Made by a program: the position numbers and the translations under genes. A stretch of 64,000 nucleotides of DNA, taken from Polyangiales bacterium (lineage in GTDB: Bacteria; Myxococcota_A; Polyangia; Polyangiales; Polyangiaceae). The number at the start of each line of letters is the position of its first letter. Position 1 is the first letter of the stretch. Under the pieces are notes generated by a model. That model ran no database searches. It had not been told where the DNA came from and saw nothing but the letters and a program-made list of their open reading frames with translations. The stretch spans positions 32,001 through 96,000 of the forward strand of contig JBBRLQ010000018.1 of assembly GCA_038231275.1 (NCBI GenBank), in the 5' to 3' direction. Positions 28,581 to 37,828 of the stretch are shown in pieces.

Positions 28581-29373
28581 CGCGGAACAAACCGAGGACG
28601 CGATCGGTGAGCGTCGGGCGCTTGCTCGTCGTCGCGTCGCCTTCGGTGTCGATCACGATCGCCAGCGGCATTCCTAGCTCACGCGCGCGGAGCGTCGCCC
28701 GGCGGCAGAGAACCTCGGCCTCGCTCCGCGGGCAGCGCCCGACGACGGCGTGACCTTCGTAGTGCGTGGTGAGCATCAGATGGAGCGCCTCGGCGCTGCC
28801 CTTCGCGAACGTGTCGCGCAGGACGACGAGGACTCCCTCCATGGTGCTCGTGTCGTCGTTGAGGAGGAGGAGGCGCGCGACGTCGCTCGCGGCGGGAGCG
28901 CGGTACGGCGCGCCGACGCGATCGCCGGGGCGGCTGATCGGAGGGCGCTCGGCGGCGTCGAGGAGCGCGGCGACGTGGCGATGGCTGCGCAGGCGCTCGA
29001 GGACGTCACGCAGTGAGAGCGGCGAGCTCCGCCTTCCTGCCGCGTTCGCCGCCGCATTCATCGCCGCCATGATCTCGCGCCCGAGCGGCGCCTCCGGCGG
29101 GACGTGCGCGGTCGGGAGCGCGTCGAGGTGCGCCTCCAGCGTCTCGCGGACGAGCGAGAGATCGGGGCCTCCGTCGCGCTCGAGCGCGAACACCGCGGCG
29201 TGCGCGAAGTGCGCCGGCGAGACGGGCCCCTGCGCGCGCCGCGTCGCTTCGAGCGCAGCGACGGTGAGCGCGATCGTCAGCGCCGCTTCCTGCCGCAGCA
29301 TCTGCCTTCGCGCGGACGTCAACGCGCCCATGACGCCGAGCGACAATCCGACGAGCGCGAGCCACGCATCCAC
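28558..29373 (-). CDS. ClpS-domain protein with N-terminal TM and Clp-N-like helical domain
   Basis: LLLNDDTSTMEGV..VL...F, A.HLMLTTHYEG.AVVG, PL. Confidence 0.75.
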   Translation of the reverse strand: MDAWLALVGLSLGVMGALTSARRQMLRQEAALTIALTVAALEATRRAQGPVSPAHFAHAAVFALERDGGPDLSLVRETLEAHLDALPTAHVPPEAPLGREIMAAMNAAANAAGRRSSPLSLRDVLERLRSHRHVAALLDAAERPPISRPGDRVGAPYRAPAASDVARLLLLNDDTSTMEGVLVVLRDTFAKGSAEALHLMLTTHYEGHAVVGRCPRSEAEVLCRRATLRARELGMPLAIVIDTEGDATTSKRPTLTDRVLGLFRATPDPSR

Positions 29374-29451
29374 ATCGACAAGCGTAGCGCCTGGAAACGC
29401 TGCGCGCCCGAGCGGCCGACAGGGAAGACGACGCAGCTCACGGACGAGGTG

Positions 29452-30678
29452 TCACGCGGCCTCGAGCGTCAGGATCACCACGGCCGGCGCGACTCCGAGG
29501 CGCATCGGCGGCCCGGTCGTGCCGAGACCCGGATGCACATAGAGCGTCGAACGACCCTTGGTATAGAGGCCCTGGTGAAAATGGTGCGTCAGGTGCGACA
29601 GGGAGAGCCGCTTCGAGAGGAACGGGACCGCGATCTGGCCGCCATGCGTATGCCCGCTCAGCGTGAGCTCGACGTCACGCTTGGCGGCGGCGCGGAACCG
29701 CTCCGGATCGTGCGCCAGCAGGACCGTAGGAACGCCGTCGACGCGCCCCGCCAGCGCCGCGCCCATGTCGTCGCGCTTGGTCCAGGTGTCGTCGATGGCG
29801 CAGAGGTAGAGGCGACCCTCGCCGCGCGTCAGCATCACGCCCTCGTTGCGGAGGACGCGCGGCCCCTTCTCGCTAATTTTTGCGATGAGCGGCTCGCCGT
29901 CGCCGAAGTAGTCGTGGTTGCCCATCGACACGAAGACGCCGTCCTTGGCCTCGAGCACGCCGAGCACGTCGGCGACGTCGTCGTAGAACTCGGTGCCGCT
30001 CGTGACGAGATCGCCGGTGACCACGGTGAGATCAGGGGAGCGGTTGTTGGCGGCGCGTGACCACCGTTGGCCCCACTCGCGCGGCGTCGTCGCGCCGATG
30101 TGGAGATCGGAGAGCTGCGCGATCTTGTAGCCGTGAAACTCCTTCGGCAAATTCGGGATCTTCACGGTCACCTCGCGCATCTGGAAGACGCGGCGTCGCA
30201 CGAGGATGCCGTAGCCGGCGACGACAGCGCCCATCACGTAGAGCCACATGAAGAACGCCGCGGGGGGGAACACTGGCATGCCGCGCGCGAGCTGCACGAG
30301 CGGGTAGACCGTGACCATCAGCGCCGACGGCACGATCGTGAAGACGCATGCGCACCAATGAATGAAGTACGGGATGTCGACGAACTTCACGAAGAGCGGG
30401 TGCTTGCGGCGGTCGTACATGCCCGCGCGCGCGCGACCGAGGAAGAAGCCGATGCCGACCGCCGATACGGTGAGCGCAATCCAGAGCGGGGCCGGCGCGG
30501 AGAGCTCGGCGCGTCGCGCGGCCTCGTACACGCCGACGCCGAACGGCACGTGGACGATCGCCGTGATCGTCACGAGCATGCGCAGGAAGCGCGACATGCG
30601 CGGCTTCCTACCAATGGCGCGCCCCGCCGCGGTGGGCGGCGGCATGCTGGATTTGCGCGGGATCGTGGAGTCGGACAT
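29452..30678 (-). CDS. Membrane metallophosphoesterase (YkuE-like)
   Basis: SDLH, TGD, GNHD, AHDP, SGHTHGGQ; N-terminal TMs. Confidence 0.92.
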   Translation of the reverse strand: MSDSTIPRKSSMPPPTAAGRAIGRKPRMSRFLRMLVTITAIVHVPFGVGVYEAARRAELSAPAPLWIALTVSAVGIGFFLGRARAGMYDRRKHPLFVKFVDIPYFIHWCACVFTIVPSALMVTVYPLVQLARGMPVFPPAAFFMWLYVMGAVVAGYGILVRRRVFQMREVTVKIPNLPKEFHGYKIAQLSDLHIGATTPREWGQRWSRAANNRSPDLTVVTGDLVTSGTEFYDDVADVLGVLEAKDGVFVSMGNHDYFGDGEPLIAKISEKGPRVLRNEGVMLTRGEGRLYLCAIDDTWTKRDDMGAALAGRVDGVPTVLLAHDPERFRAAAKRDVELTLSGHTHGGQIAVPFLSKRLSLSHLTHHFHQGLYTKGRSTLYVHPGLGTTGPPMRLGVAPAVVILTLEAA

Positions 30679-30711
30679 CGGAGGGGGTGCTTGATCGCGG
30701 ATGCCCGCCTG

Positions 30712-32994
30712 TCAGCCGAGCCGCCCTTCGAGAATGGCGCCGTCGTCGCACACCGCGCGGACGACGCGCGCGCTCGCCCACACGGCGACGACGTTCGGCG
30801 TGATGCCGATGTCGCCGGTCATGCGGAGCCACCCCGACTGCGTTCGCCGCAGGAGGCGCGCTTGAGCCGAGCCGGCCCACACCGCGCCGTCGTCGCTCAC
30901 GGCGAGCGCGTAGAGATCGCGCGTGGTCTGGACGGCCTCGAGCTGCGCCTCGACGCGCGCGTTCAAGTAGAGCGCGTGGCCGCCGACGCCGATGGTGACA
31001 GCCCCGCCGTCGGCGAGCGCGGTGATCGCGTGGAGGTGCCCGCCGCAGATCGCGCCGAGGTGCGCGGCGACCCCCATCTCGAGGCGCACGAGCGTCCCCC
31101 AATCGCCGCACGCGAGGACGGTTCCGCCGAGCGTGCGCGTCACGGCGCGGAGGCGCGTGACCGAGGGCGCGTCGGCCACAAGCGTGAGGCGCTCGTGGGT
31201 GAGCTGCGCGATCGCGCCAATCGTGTTGCCGGGGACCGAACGCGGCTGGTTGGGTCGCGCCGGCCGCTCGCCGACCAGAGTGACGACGCCGCCTTCATCG
31301 ACGTGCGCGCCGAGGAACGTGAGCTCACGATCGGCGATGTTCAAGACCTCCGGCGCGCCGGCGCGCGGCACCGACATCGCGAGGCCGCCCTCGCCCGCCA
31401 TCAGCGCATCGTGCTCGCGGAGCCACTGGACCGTGCGCAGCGCGCGCACGTCGATCGCCGCGGGGAGAGGCACACCCGACCACCCGCCGCGCTCCCACCG
31501 CGCGACGCCGTTCGGGCCGGCCGCGACGAGCACTTCGCCCGACGGCGCGAACGCCGCCGCGCGCACGGTGCCGCTCGCGAGGGGGCGCGTGACCACCGAC
31601 CACGTCCACGCGGCGGGGTTCGACGCGGGCCCTTCGAGCGCGCGCAGTCGCTCGCTCGGGCGTTGGTTCGGCGGCTGAGGAGTGTTCGAGAATGCGCCTT
31701 GCACCGGGAACGGCGTGGGCGCGGTTGGCGAGGGGCCGGGGATCACCGCCATCGGAGCCGTCCTCGGCACCGGACCGGGCCCTCCCATCGGACCGCCGCC
31801 TCCTGGCCCATGCGATGGCGACGGGCCGGGCGTGGGGATGGGACCGACGCTCGGCGATGGCTGACCGACCGCGTTCACGACACGCACGCCCGAGCCGGAG
31901 GGGGCCTGCGGGTTGCGCGACGAGTTGCGAAACGCCGGCTCCGTCGCGATGAACGGCGACACTGCCGAGTCGGGGCTGCCCAATCCTGGCACCACCGAGC
32001 GACGCGAGCCGTCCTGCGCTTGCCTCAAGATGGGCTCGAGGCTCGCGAAGAAGTCCTTCACGTTGTCGAACCGCGCCTCCGGATCGATCGCCGTCGCGCG
32101 CGCGATCCGCAGGTCGAGCTGCTCGATGAGATCGTTCTGCCCCGCCAGCTCCGCCGGGAGGCTTCCTTTGTGCTTCATGCACGAGGGCCGCGGATCGACG
32201 AGGATGCGCTTCACGATGAGCAGCGGATTTTCGCCGTCTTTGTAGGGAAACGCCGGCTTGTTCGTGAGCATCTCGAACACGATCGCCGCCAGCGAGAACA
32301 CGTCCGTGCGCGGGGAGACGCGCTTATTTCCCTGCTCGTATTGCTCGGGCGGCGCGTAGCCGAGCGACGCTCCGGCGAGCGCTGCGGTGCGGTGGAGGTT
32401 GATGTCGGCGAGCTTCACGAGACCGAAGTCGGTGACCTTCGCGACCTCGCTCCCCGCCTCGTTCGCGAGCAGGATGTTCGACGGCTTCAGGTCGCGGTGG
32501 ACGACCTTCTGCTGGTGAACCGCGTCGAGCGCGAGGCACACTTGACGCGTGATGCGCCGGACGCGCTCGACCGGCAGGCCGCGGCTCGGTGTCTGCGCGA
32601 GCACCTGCTCGAGCGTCGGACCGTTCACGTACTCGAGCACCGTGAACGGCAAGCTGATCCGCTCGCCCCCCACGGGCACCGGCATCTCCACCACCGAGTG
32701 ATCGAAGAACCGCACGATGTGTGGATTCGGCCGCGCCTGTTGCGACAGCATTCGGAGCGTGTCCGCCTCGCGCTGGAACCGTCGCAGCGCCTCGCCGTGG
32801 ACCGCGTCGGGCCGGAGGACCTTGACGATCACGACCAGGCCGCCCGGCTCGTCCCAGTTGGCCTTGTAGACCCAGCCCTGCCCGCCCTCGCCGATGCACT
32901 CGCGGACGTGGTAAGCGACCCCCCCGGAGCCGCGCAGGACTTGCCCGACGAACGAGTCTCGAATCGAGACCAGACGCGGGTCGAACGGAATCAT
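30712..32994 (-). CDS. Soluble Ser/Thr kinase with C-terminal beta-propeller
   Basis: GEGGQGWV, IVK, HRDLKPSN, DFG, YAPPE; repeated L.AV....G...A.G..G blades. Confidence 0.9.
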   Translation of the reverse strand: MIPFDPRLVSIRDSFVGQVLRGSGGVAYHVRECIGEGGQGWVYKANWDEPGGLVVIVKVLRPDAVHGEALRRFQREADTLRMLSQQARPNPHIVRFFDHSVVEMPVPVGGERISLPFTVLEYVNGPTLEQVLAQTPSRGLPVERVRRITRQVCLALDAVHQQKVVHRDLKPSNILLANEAGSEVAKVTDFGLVKLADINLHRTAALAGASLGYAPPEQYEQGNKRVSPRTDVFSLAAIVFEMLTNKPAFPYKDGENPLLIVKRILVDPRPSCMKHKGSLPAELAGQNDLIEQLDLRIARATAIDPEARFDNVKDFFASLEPILRQAQDGSRRSVVPGLGSPDSAVSPFIATEPAFRNSSRNPQAPSGSGVRVVNAVGQPSPSVGPIPTPGPSPSHGPGGGGPMGGPGPVPRTAPMAVIPGPSPTAPTPFPVQGAFSNTPQPPNQRPSERLRALEGPASNPAAWTWSVVTRPLASGTVRAAAFAPSGEVLVAAGPNGVARWERGGWSGVPLPAAIDVRALRTVQWLREHDALMAGEGGLAMSVPRAGAPEVLNIADRELTFLGAHVDEGGVVTLVGERPARPNQPRSVPGNTIGAIAQLTHERLTLVADAPSVTRLRAVTRTLGGTVLACGDWGTLVRLEMGVAAHLGAICGGHLHAITALADGGAVTIGVGGHALYLNARVEAQLEAVQTTRDLYALAVSDDGAVWAGSAQARLLRRTQSGWLRMTGDIGITPNVVAVWASARVVRAVCDDGAILEGRLG

Positions 32995-33030
32995 CGGGGG
33001 AACCCCAGCATAGGACCTATCGGCCCCCGC

Positions 33031-33066
33031 CGCCTACCCCCGCGCCTACTCCCGCGCCGACTCCCC
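33031..33066. repeat. Three imperfect 12-bp tandem repeats
   Basis: cgcctacccccg cgcctactcccg cgccgactcccc, intergenic. Confidence 0.5.
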
Positions 33067-33087
33067 CGCGCATCGACCCGCTCGGCT

Positions 33088-33411
33088 TCAGGCGAGCAGC
33101 TTGAGCAGGGTTTCTTTGTTCGTCACGCCGACGTGCTGGCCGGCCTTCTGGCCCGCCTTGAAGATGATGACCGTCGGAACGCCGCGGATCCCATAGCGTT
33201 GCGTGACGCCGGGCGCGTCGTCGATGTCGAGCTTGCCGACCTTGAACTTGCCGACGTTCTCGTCGGCGATCTTCTCGACGATGGGAGACAACATCTTGCA
33301 GGGGCCACACCACGTCGCCGTGAAGTCGACGAGGACGGGGACTTGCGACTCGAGGACCTCCTTGTCGAAGTTGCCGTCTGTGAGCTCGATCACGTTCTTG
33401 CTGGCCGCCAT
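33088..33411 (-). CDS. trxA: Thioredoxin
   Basis: VLVDFTATWCGPC, YGIRGVPT; AGGAG SD. Confidence 0.96.
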   Translation of the reverse strand: MAASKNVIELTDGNFDKEVLESQVPVLVDFTATWCGPCKMLSPIVEKIADENVGKFKVGKLDIDDAPGVTQRYGIRGVPTVIIFKAGQKAGQHVGVTNKETLLKLLA

Positions 33412-33554
33412 GGGGTCTCCTGAGGTGCTGCGCCGTTGCCTTCGCCGTCTTGGCGCGATGGGTTCAGACGGGCTTAACAACTTAATCGTCCGGACCCCGT
33501 TTGTCACTCCACGCGAGGGCCCTTGTTTACAAGCGTTTCGTCATTTTTCGATGC

Positions 33555-34670
33555 TCAGGGGGCGCGCGAGGAGTCTCGCGGGGCGGCGTCGCGGGCGGGC
33601 AGCACCTCGTCCGGAGGGGGCGGCGGCCGAGGCGGGGTCGACGCTTTTTGTGGCGGGGCAGGGCGACCGCGGAGCTTTTGAATACGGTCGAGGCTCGCGC
33701 CAAGATCCGCGGAGCGGGCGTGCGTCGTCGCGGTCAACGTCGGTCCGTCGACCTTGGCGTCGAACGCGTCGATGACGGGACCGAGCCCGACGAGGCGAAG
33801 CGCGAGGTCCTGCGAGAAGCCGAGGCGCTTCGCGAGGGCGAGCTTGCGGACCTCGTCGCACGCGCTCGCGGAGTCGCAGCGCAGCTCGGCCTTCGCTTCG
33901 AGCATCCCGGAGTCGGTCTCGCGGAGGGCCACGCCGGCAGCGCGAACGCCGAGGACGCCGCCCATCGTCGCGTTGCTCCCGGCGACGCCGAGCTCCGCGC
34001 CCATCTCGCGCTTCAAGCGGTCGCGAAGGTCGCGCGGGAGGATCGCGGTGACGACGAGGAGCGGCTTGGTCCCCGACGGGGCGAGCGTCTCGCGAAGCTC
34101 CATGTGGTCGCGGCTCTCTCGCGCGCTCGGCGCCCGTCGCTCGGCGGTGGCGATCATCGCGCGAACGAAGGCCGCACGCCCCACGACGATCGGGCCGGTG
34201 TCGCGTACGGCGAGCGCGTGGCCCTTCTCGTCGGCGACGAAATAGAAGGCGCCGATCTGCTCGACCTTGCGCGTCTCGCCGCGCGCGCCGGCGACGTTCT
34301 CCGCACATCGGACCAGTTCCTCGCGCGTGAGCTGTGCGCTCGCGGCGACACCGAAATCGCCGGACTCGCCTCCTTCGGGGATCGCGATGGCCAGCTCGTC
34401 GATGCGCCCCAACGGGTCGAAGCCGCACGCCAGCGCGAGGTCTGCGAGGCCTGCGGTCTGCGTGAGCGGCCCGTCCTTGTCGAAGACGGCCGTGTAGAGA
34501 GGTGAGGCGCGGAGGCGGGCGACGTCGATGGTCGCGACGAGGAACGAGCCGGCGGGGACCGCGTCGAAGGGCCCGGTGCCGGGGCCGTGCAGCAGCGCCG
34601 CGTACGCGAGCGAGCCGGCAGCCAAGACCGCAGCCGCGAGCGCGAACGGACGAAGGTTGCCGGCGGGCAT
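33555..34670 (-). CDS. Hypothetical exported protein
   Basis: N-terminal hydrophobic helix, GC3 bias, CGFDPL motif; start approximate. Confidence 0.7.
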   Translation of the reverse strand: MPAGNLRPFALAAAVLAAGSLAYAALLHGPGTGPFDAVPAGSFLVATIDVARLRASPLYTAVFDKDGPLTQTAGLADLALACGFDPLGRIDELAIAIPEGGESGDFGVAASAQLTREELVRCAENVAGARGETRKVEQIGAFYFVADEKGHALAVRDTGPIVVGRAAFVRAMIATAERRAPSARESRDHMELRETLAPSGTKPLLVVTAILPRDLRDRLKREMGAELGVAGSNATMGGVLGVRAAGVALRETDSGMLEAKAELRCDSASACDEVRKLALAKRLGFSQDLALRLVGLGPVIDAFDAKVDGPTLTATTHARSADLGASLDRIQKLRGRPAPPQKASTPPRPPPPPDEVLPARDAAPRDSSRAP

Positions 34671-34741
34671 GGGACGAAGCTGTAGCGCATTGACAGACCG
34701 GCCGCACCGGACCACGCTGGCCGTCGAGGGGATCCGGCACC

Positions 34742-34981
34742 ATGGCGCTCGTTCTGGGAATGGTCGCGTTGGGCGTCGTGCTCGTGGGCGTCGTCGTCGC
34801 GATCGTGTTCGCGGGGCGACAGGCCGATCACGAGGCGGCGCCGCGCAGCGAGCCCGGCGACTTCGTCGGGCCGGTCAGCTCCGGCGGCTACGCGTTCCGG
34901 CGCACGGACGAGACCCAAAAAGACTTCCACGACCGCATCGCGCGCGAGAACGCGCCGCCGCAGAGCTCGCCGAAGACCTGA
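34742..34981 (+). CDS. Small single-TM protein
   Basis: GAGG SD, TM helix, GC3 bias. Confidence 0.6.
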   Translation: MALVLGMVALGVVLVGVVVAIVFAGRQADHEAAPRSEPGDFVGPVSSGGYAFRRTDETQKDFHDRIARENAPPQSSPKT

Positions 34982-35641
34982 TCACGCCGGTTTCCAGCCC
35001 GCGGCCGCCGCCTCCGCGAGCGCTGCCTCGGGGGCCGTCGCGGCGACCGATGGACGGGCGGCGAAGCGCGCCACCCGCGCCGCGACCCGCGCATACCGTT
35101 CGAGATCGCGCACGAAGCCGTAGTGGGCGACGTGCTGCCACATGCAGACGGCGGCGACGTCTCCGTAGTCGAAGCGCTCGAGATCCGGATCGGTGTTGCG
35201 ATCGAGCCACGCGAGCCCGGTCTCGATGGCCGCTGCGAGCTTGCGGAAATAGGCGACGCCGTCGACGTCCGGCAGGCCAGCGCGCTTCGCGAGGATGAGG
35301 ACGACCTCGTTGTTCATGATGCCGTTGGCGACGGCGAGGCGGTTCAAATCTTCGGCGCGCTCGCTGCGCACGCCGAAGCGGTCCGCGGGGTCGAACTTCC
35401 CGACGACGTAGCGCGCGATGTGGTCGGATTCGATGAGCGCGGTGCCGTCGTGCACGAGCGTAGGGACGCGCATGAGCGGGTTGTCGCCGTACCCCTCGGG
35501 CGTCGCCGACAGGACGCTCGTGGCGCGGACGAATTCGTAGTCCACGCCGAGCTCGGCGAAGAGGATGCGGATTTTTCGGGTGAAATGGGAAAGCGGAGTT
35601 CCGTGAAGCCGAGGCGTGCCCGAGGGGTATACTTGGTACAT
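34982..35641 (-). CDS. Glutathione S-transferase family protein
   Basis: LHGTPLSHFTRKIRI, NPLMRVPTL, IESDHIARY; start uncertain (see findings). Confidence 0.85.
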   Translation of the reverse strand: MYQVYPSGTPRLHGTPLSHFTRKIRILFAELGVDYEFVRATSVLSATPEGYGDNPLMRVPTLVHDGTALIESDHIARYVVGKFDPADRFGVRSERAEDLNRLAVANGIMNNEVVLILAKRAGLPDVDGVAYFRKLAAAIETGLAWLDRNTDPDLERFDYGDVAAVCMWQHVAHYGFVRDLERYARVAARVARFAARPSVAATAPEAALAEAAAAGWKPA

Positions 35642-36536
35642 GAGCGCCTCGACGAACGTGCGTCAGCAGGCGGGCGCCCGCAAGACGTTCGATGCCATCT
35701 GTGTGGGAGAGGCGGCGTGGAAGCTCGTCGGCGACGGCGCCACGGGTCTTCGCCTTCGTCCGAGCAGCGGCGCGGTCAACATCGCACTCCACTTGTGCAA
35801 GGAGGGCATGCGCGTGGGGCTCTCGACGGTGCTCGTCGACGATGCGAACGGGCGCGCGGCCATGGCGCGGGTTGCGGCGGCGGGCGTCGACGTCACGGGC
35901 GTAACGTTCACCCGGCCGCGCGCGGGGCTGGTGGTCGTGGACGCGCGCGGCGAGGCGAACCCACTCGCCGCGGAGCTCGAGGCGACGCCGGCGTTCGACG
36001 TCCCGCCCGCATGGTCGTCGCAGGTGGTCGTGTTGTCGGGCCTCTCGCCCGTCGTGGCGCACGCGGCCGCGCTCTGCAAGGCGGCGCGACGCGCGCGTCG
36101 TGACGGATCGGTCGTCCTCCTCGACTTCAACGCCGCCCTCCACGCGTGGGCAGGGCGTGACGCGCGCACCATTCGCATGGTGCTCCGCAAGGTCGACGTC
36201 GCGCGATGCAGCGTCGCGGATCTCGCCGTTCTCGGCATGTCCGCCGACGAGGCGAGCGCGGCGTTGCGGCCCACGGCGACATTGGTCGTCGGCGAGCCCG
36301 GCGGACGCGTGAGCGCGGTCGGGCCGTTCGGCGCCGTCGTCTTCGCTCCGCCCGGGTCGGCTCACGAAGGCGCGGCCGCGCGGCCCGGCGCTGGCGACGC
36401 GCTCACGGCGTCGATTTGCCATGAGCTCACCGCCCGCCGCGACTCCGGTGAGAGCGTGGAGGCTCTTTGGGAACGCGCGCTGCGCCGCGGCAACGAGCTC
36501 GGCCGTCGCGCCGCCGCGCTACCTCGAACCCCTTAG
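35640..36536 (+). CDS. PfkB family carbohydrate kinase
   Basis: ICVGEA, GAVNIA, LLDFN, GAGDA; TATACT 6 nt before ATG. Confidence 0.8.
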   Translation: MSASTNVRQQAGARKTFDAICVGEAAWKLVGDGATGLRLRPSSGAVNIALHLCKEGMRVGLSTVLVDDANGRAAMARVAAAGVDVTGVTFTRPRAGLVVVDARGEANPLAAELEATPAFDVPPAWSSQVVVLSGLSPVVAHAAALCKAARRARRDGSVVLLDFNAALHAWAGRDARTIRMVLRKVDVARCSVADLAVLGMSADEASAALRPTATLVVGEPGGRVSAVGPFGAVVFAPPGSAHEGAAARPGAGDALTASICHELTARRDSGESVEALWERALRRGNELGRRAAALPRTP

Positions 36537-36553
36537 CCGGCTATGCTTCGGTC

Positions 36554-37828
36554 GTGGGCTTCGCCGCAGCGCGCATTGGAATCGGGACGACGGTCCTGCT
36601 GCTCGCATGCTCGACCTCCTCGGCACCGAAGGCCGCGGCAGATCCCGACGCAGGCGCCGACGCGAGCGTGCGCGATGCGGGTCCAGACGGGGGCGGCACG
36701 CTCGACGTCGCGATGTCGGCCGCGGTGAAATCCGGCGACGACTTCTACCACTGCAAGTACGTGACGCTCCCGCGCGCCGCTTCGGGGGCCACGACGTTCT
36801 TCGTTGCCGCCTCGCACACGTACGGGGGTTGCCATCACATCCTCGTCTTTCGCACGAACCTCACGGCGATCCCGGCGGGCCAGGAAGGCGAGCGAGATTG
36901 CTTCGCGCCCGACGACGTGATGCCCCACGCGCGCGCGCAAATTTACGGGTCCGAGCTGCGCGTCGACTCGTTCACGATGCCCGACGGTGTCGGGCTGCCG
37001 CTTGCAGATGGTGAGGTGCTTCTCGTGCAAGTGCACTACCTCAACGCGGCGGCTACGTCGTCGGATGCGAACGCGTCGCTCACGCTTCGCACGGCGACCG
37101 TCGGGGTCACTCAGCGCGCCGGCGCGTTCTATTTCGCCGACCCGTTCATCGACGTCGGTGTTGGCCAACGGGGTCAAGCGTCGATGCGTTGCGTGATCCC
37201 GCAAGACGCCACGTTGCTCACGGTTGCGGGTACCGCGCACGCCCGCGCGACCGATTTCTCGGCGTTCCTCGATCCGGCCGGGGCTCCACCCTCGACCTCT
37301 CCGCTTTACCGCGCGCCCGGCACGGCCAACCCACTTCCGCTGCGGACGAGCAAGGCCGTCGCGGGCGGGGAGCACGTCCGCTTCTCGTGCACGTTCGACA
37401 ACGCGCGCGGCACGACGGAGATCCTCGGCGGACCGCGCAACGACGCCGACGAAGCGTGCGCGCTCTCCGGTCTCTACACCCCGGCGCAAGGCGATGACGT
37501 CGACGCGTGCCGCGCCGCGCCCGACGGCTTCGGGACCGGCGCCGCGACCTGCGCACAAACGCGCGCGTGCGTCGACGCGTGCCCTGCGGCGAGCGCGCCT
37601 CCTCCCGATCTCGGGCTCGGGGACGGCGGCGCCGCCGATCCCTGCTGGCAGCGCTGCATGGTCGCGTCGTGCTCGGACGCGTCGCGGCTGCTCCTCACGC
37701 TTCGCGCGTGCGTCGCGGCGCGGTGCGCGTCCTCGTGCGCGGGCGGACCGAGCGCGCCGTGCACGACGTGCATCCAGTCGTCGTGCACCGCCGAGAGCAA
37801 CGCATGCGACGCCTACGCCTGCCCCTGA
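36554..37828 (+). CDS. Copper type II monooxygenase (PHM/DBH)-fold lipoprotein with Cys-rich tail
   Basis: Lipobox LLAC; HH, PDGVG, QVHYLN, C.FDN, DE.C; TATGCT 6 nt before GTG. Confidence 0.75.
   Translation: MGFAAARIGIGTTVLLLACSTSSAPKAAADPDAGADASVRDAGPDGGGTLDVAMSAAVKSGDDFYHCKYVTLPRAASGATTFFVAASHTYGGCHHILVFRTNLTAIPAGQEGERDCFAPDDVMPHARAQIYGSELRVDSFTMPDGVGLPLADGEVLLVQVHYLNAAATSSDANASLTLRTATVGVTQRAGAFYFADPFIDVGVGQRGQASMRCVIPQDATLLTVAGTAHARATDFSAFLDPAGAPPSTSPLYRAPGTANPLPLRTSKAVAGGEHVRFSCTFDNARGTTEILGGPRNDADEACALSGLYTPAQGDDVDACRAAPDGFGTGAATCAQTRACVDACPAASAPPPDLGLGDGGAADPCWQRCMVASCSDASRLLLTLRACVAARCASSCAGGPSAPCTTCIQSSCTAESNACDAYACP

Noticed and set aside
33021..33070. C-rich repeats as a functional G-quadruplex on the minus strand
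   Set aside because: G-runs are common at this GC content; no independent support
30067..33423. 1118-aa plus-strand ORF and many similar long Arg/Ala-rich ORFs (e.g. 9766..11850, 11555..13918, 25842..28508, 60262..62877)
   Set aside because: Antisense or alternate-frame shadows of motif-bearing genes; expected in high-GC DNA with few stop codons
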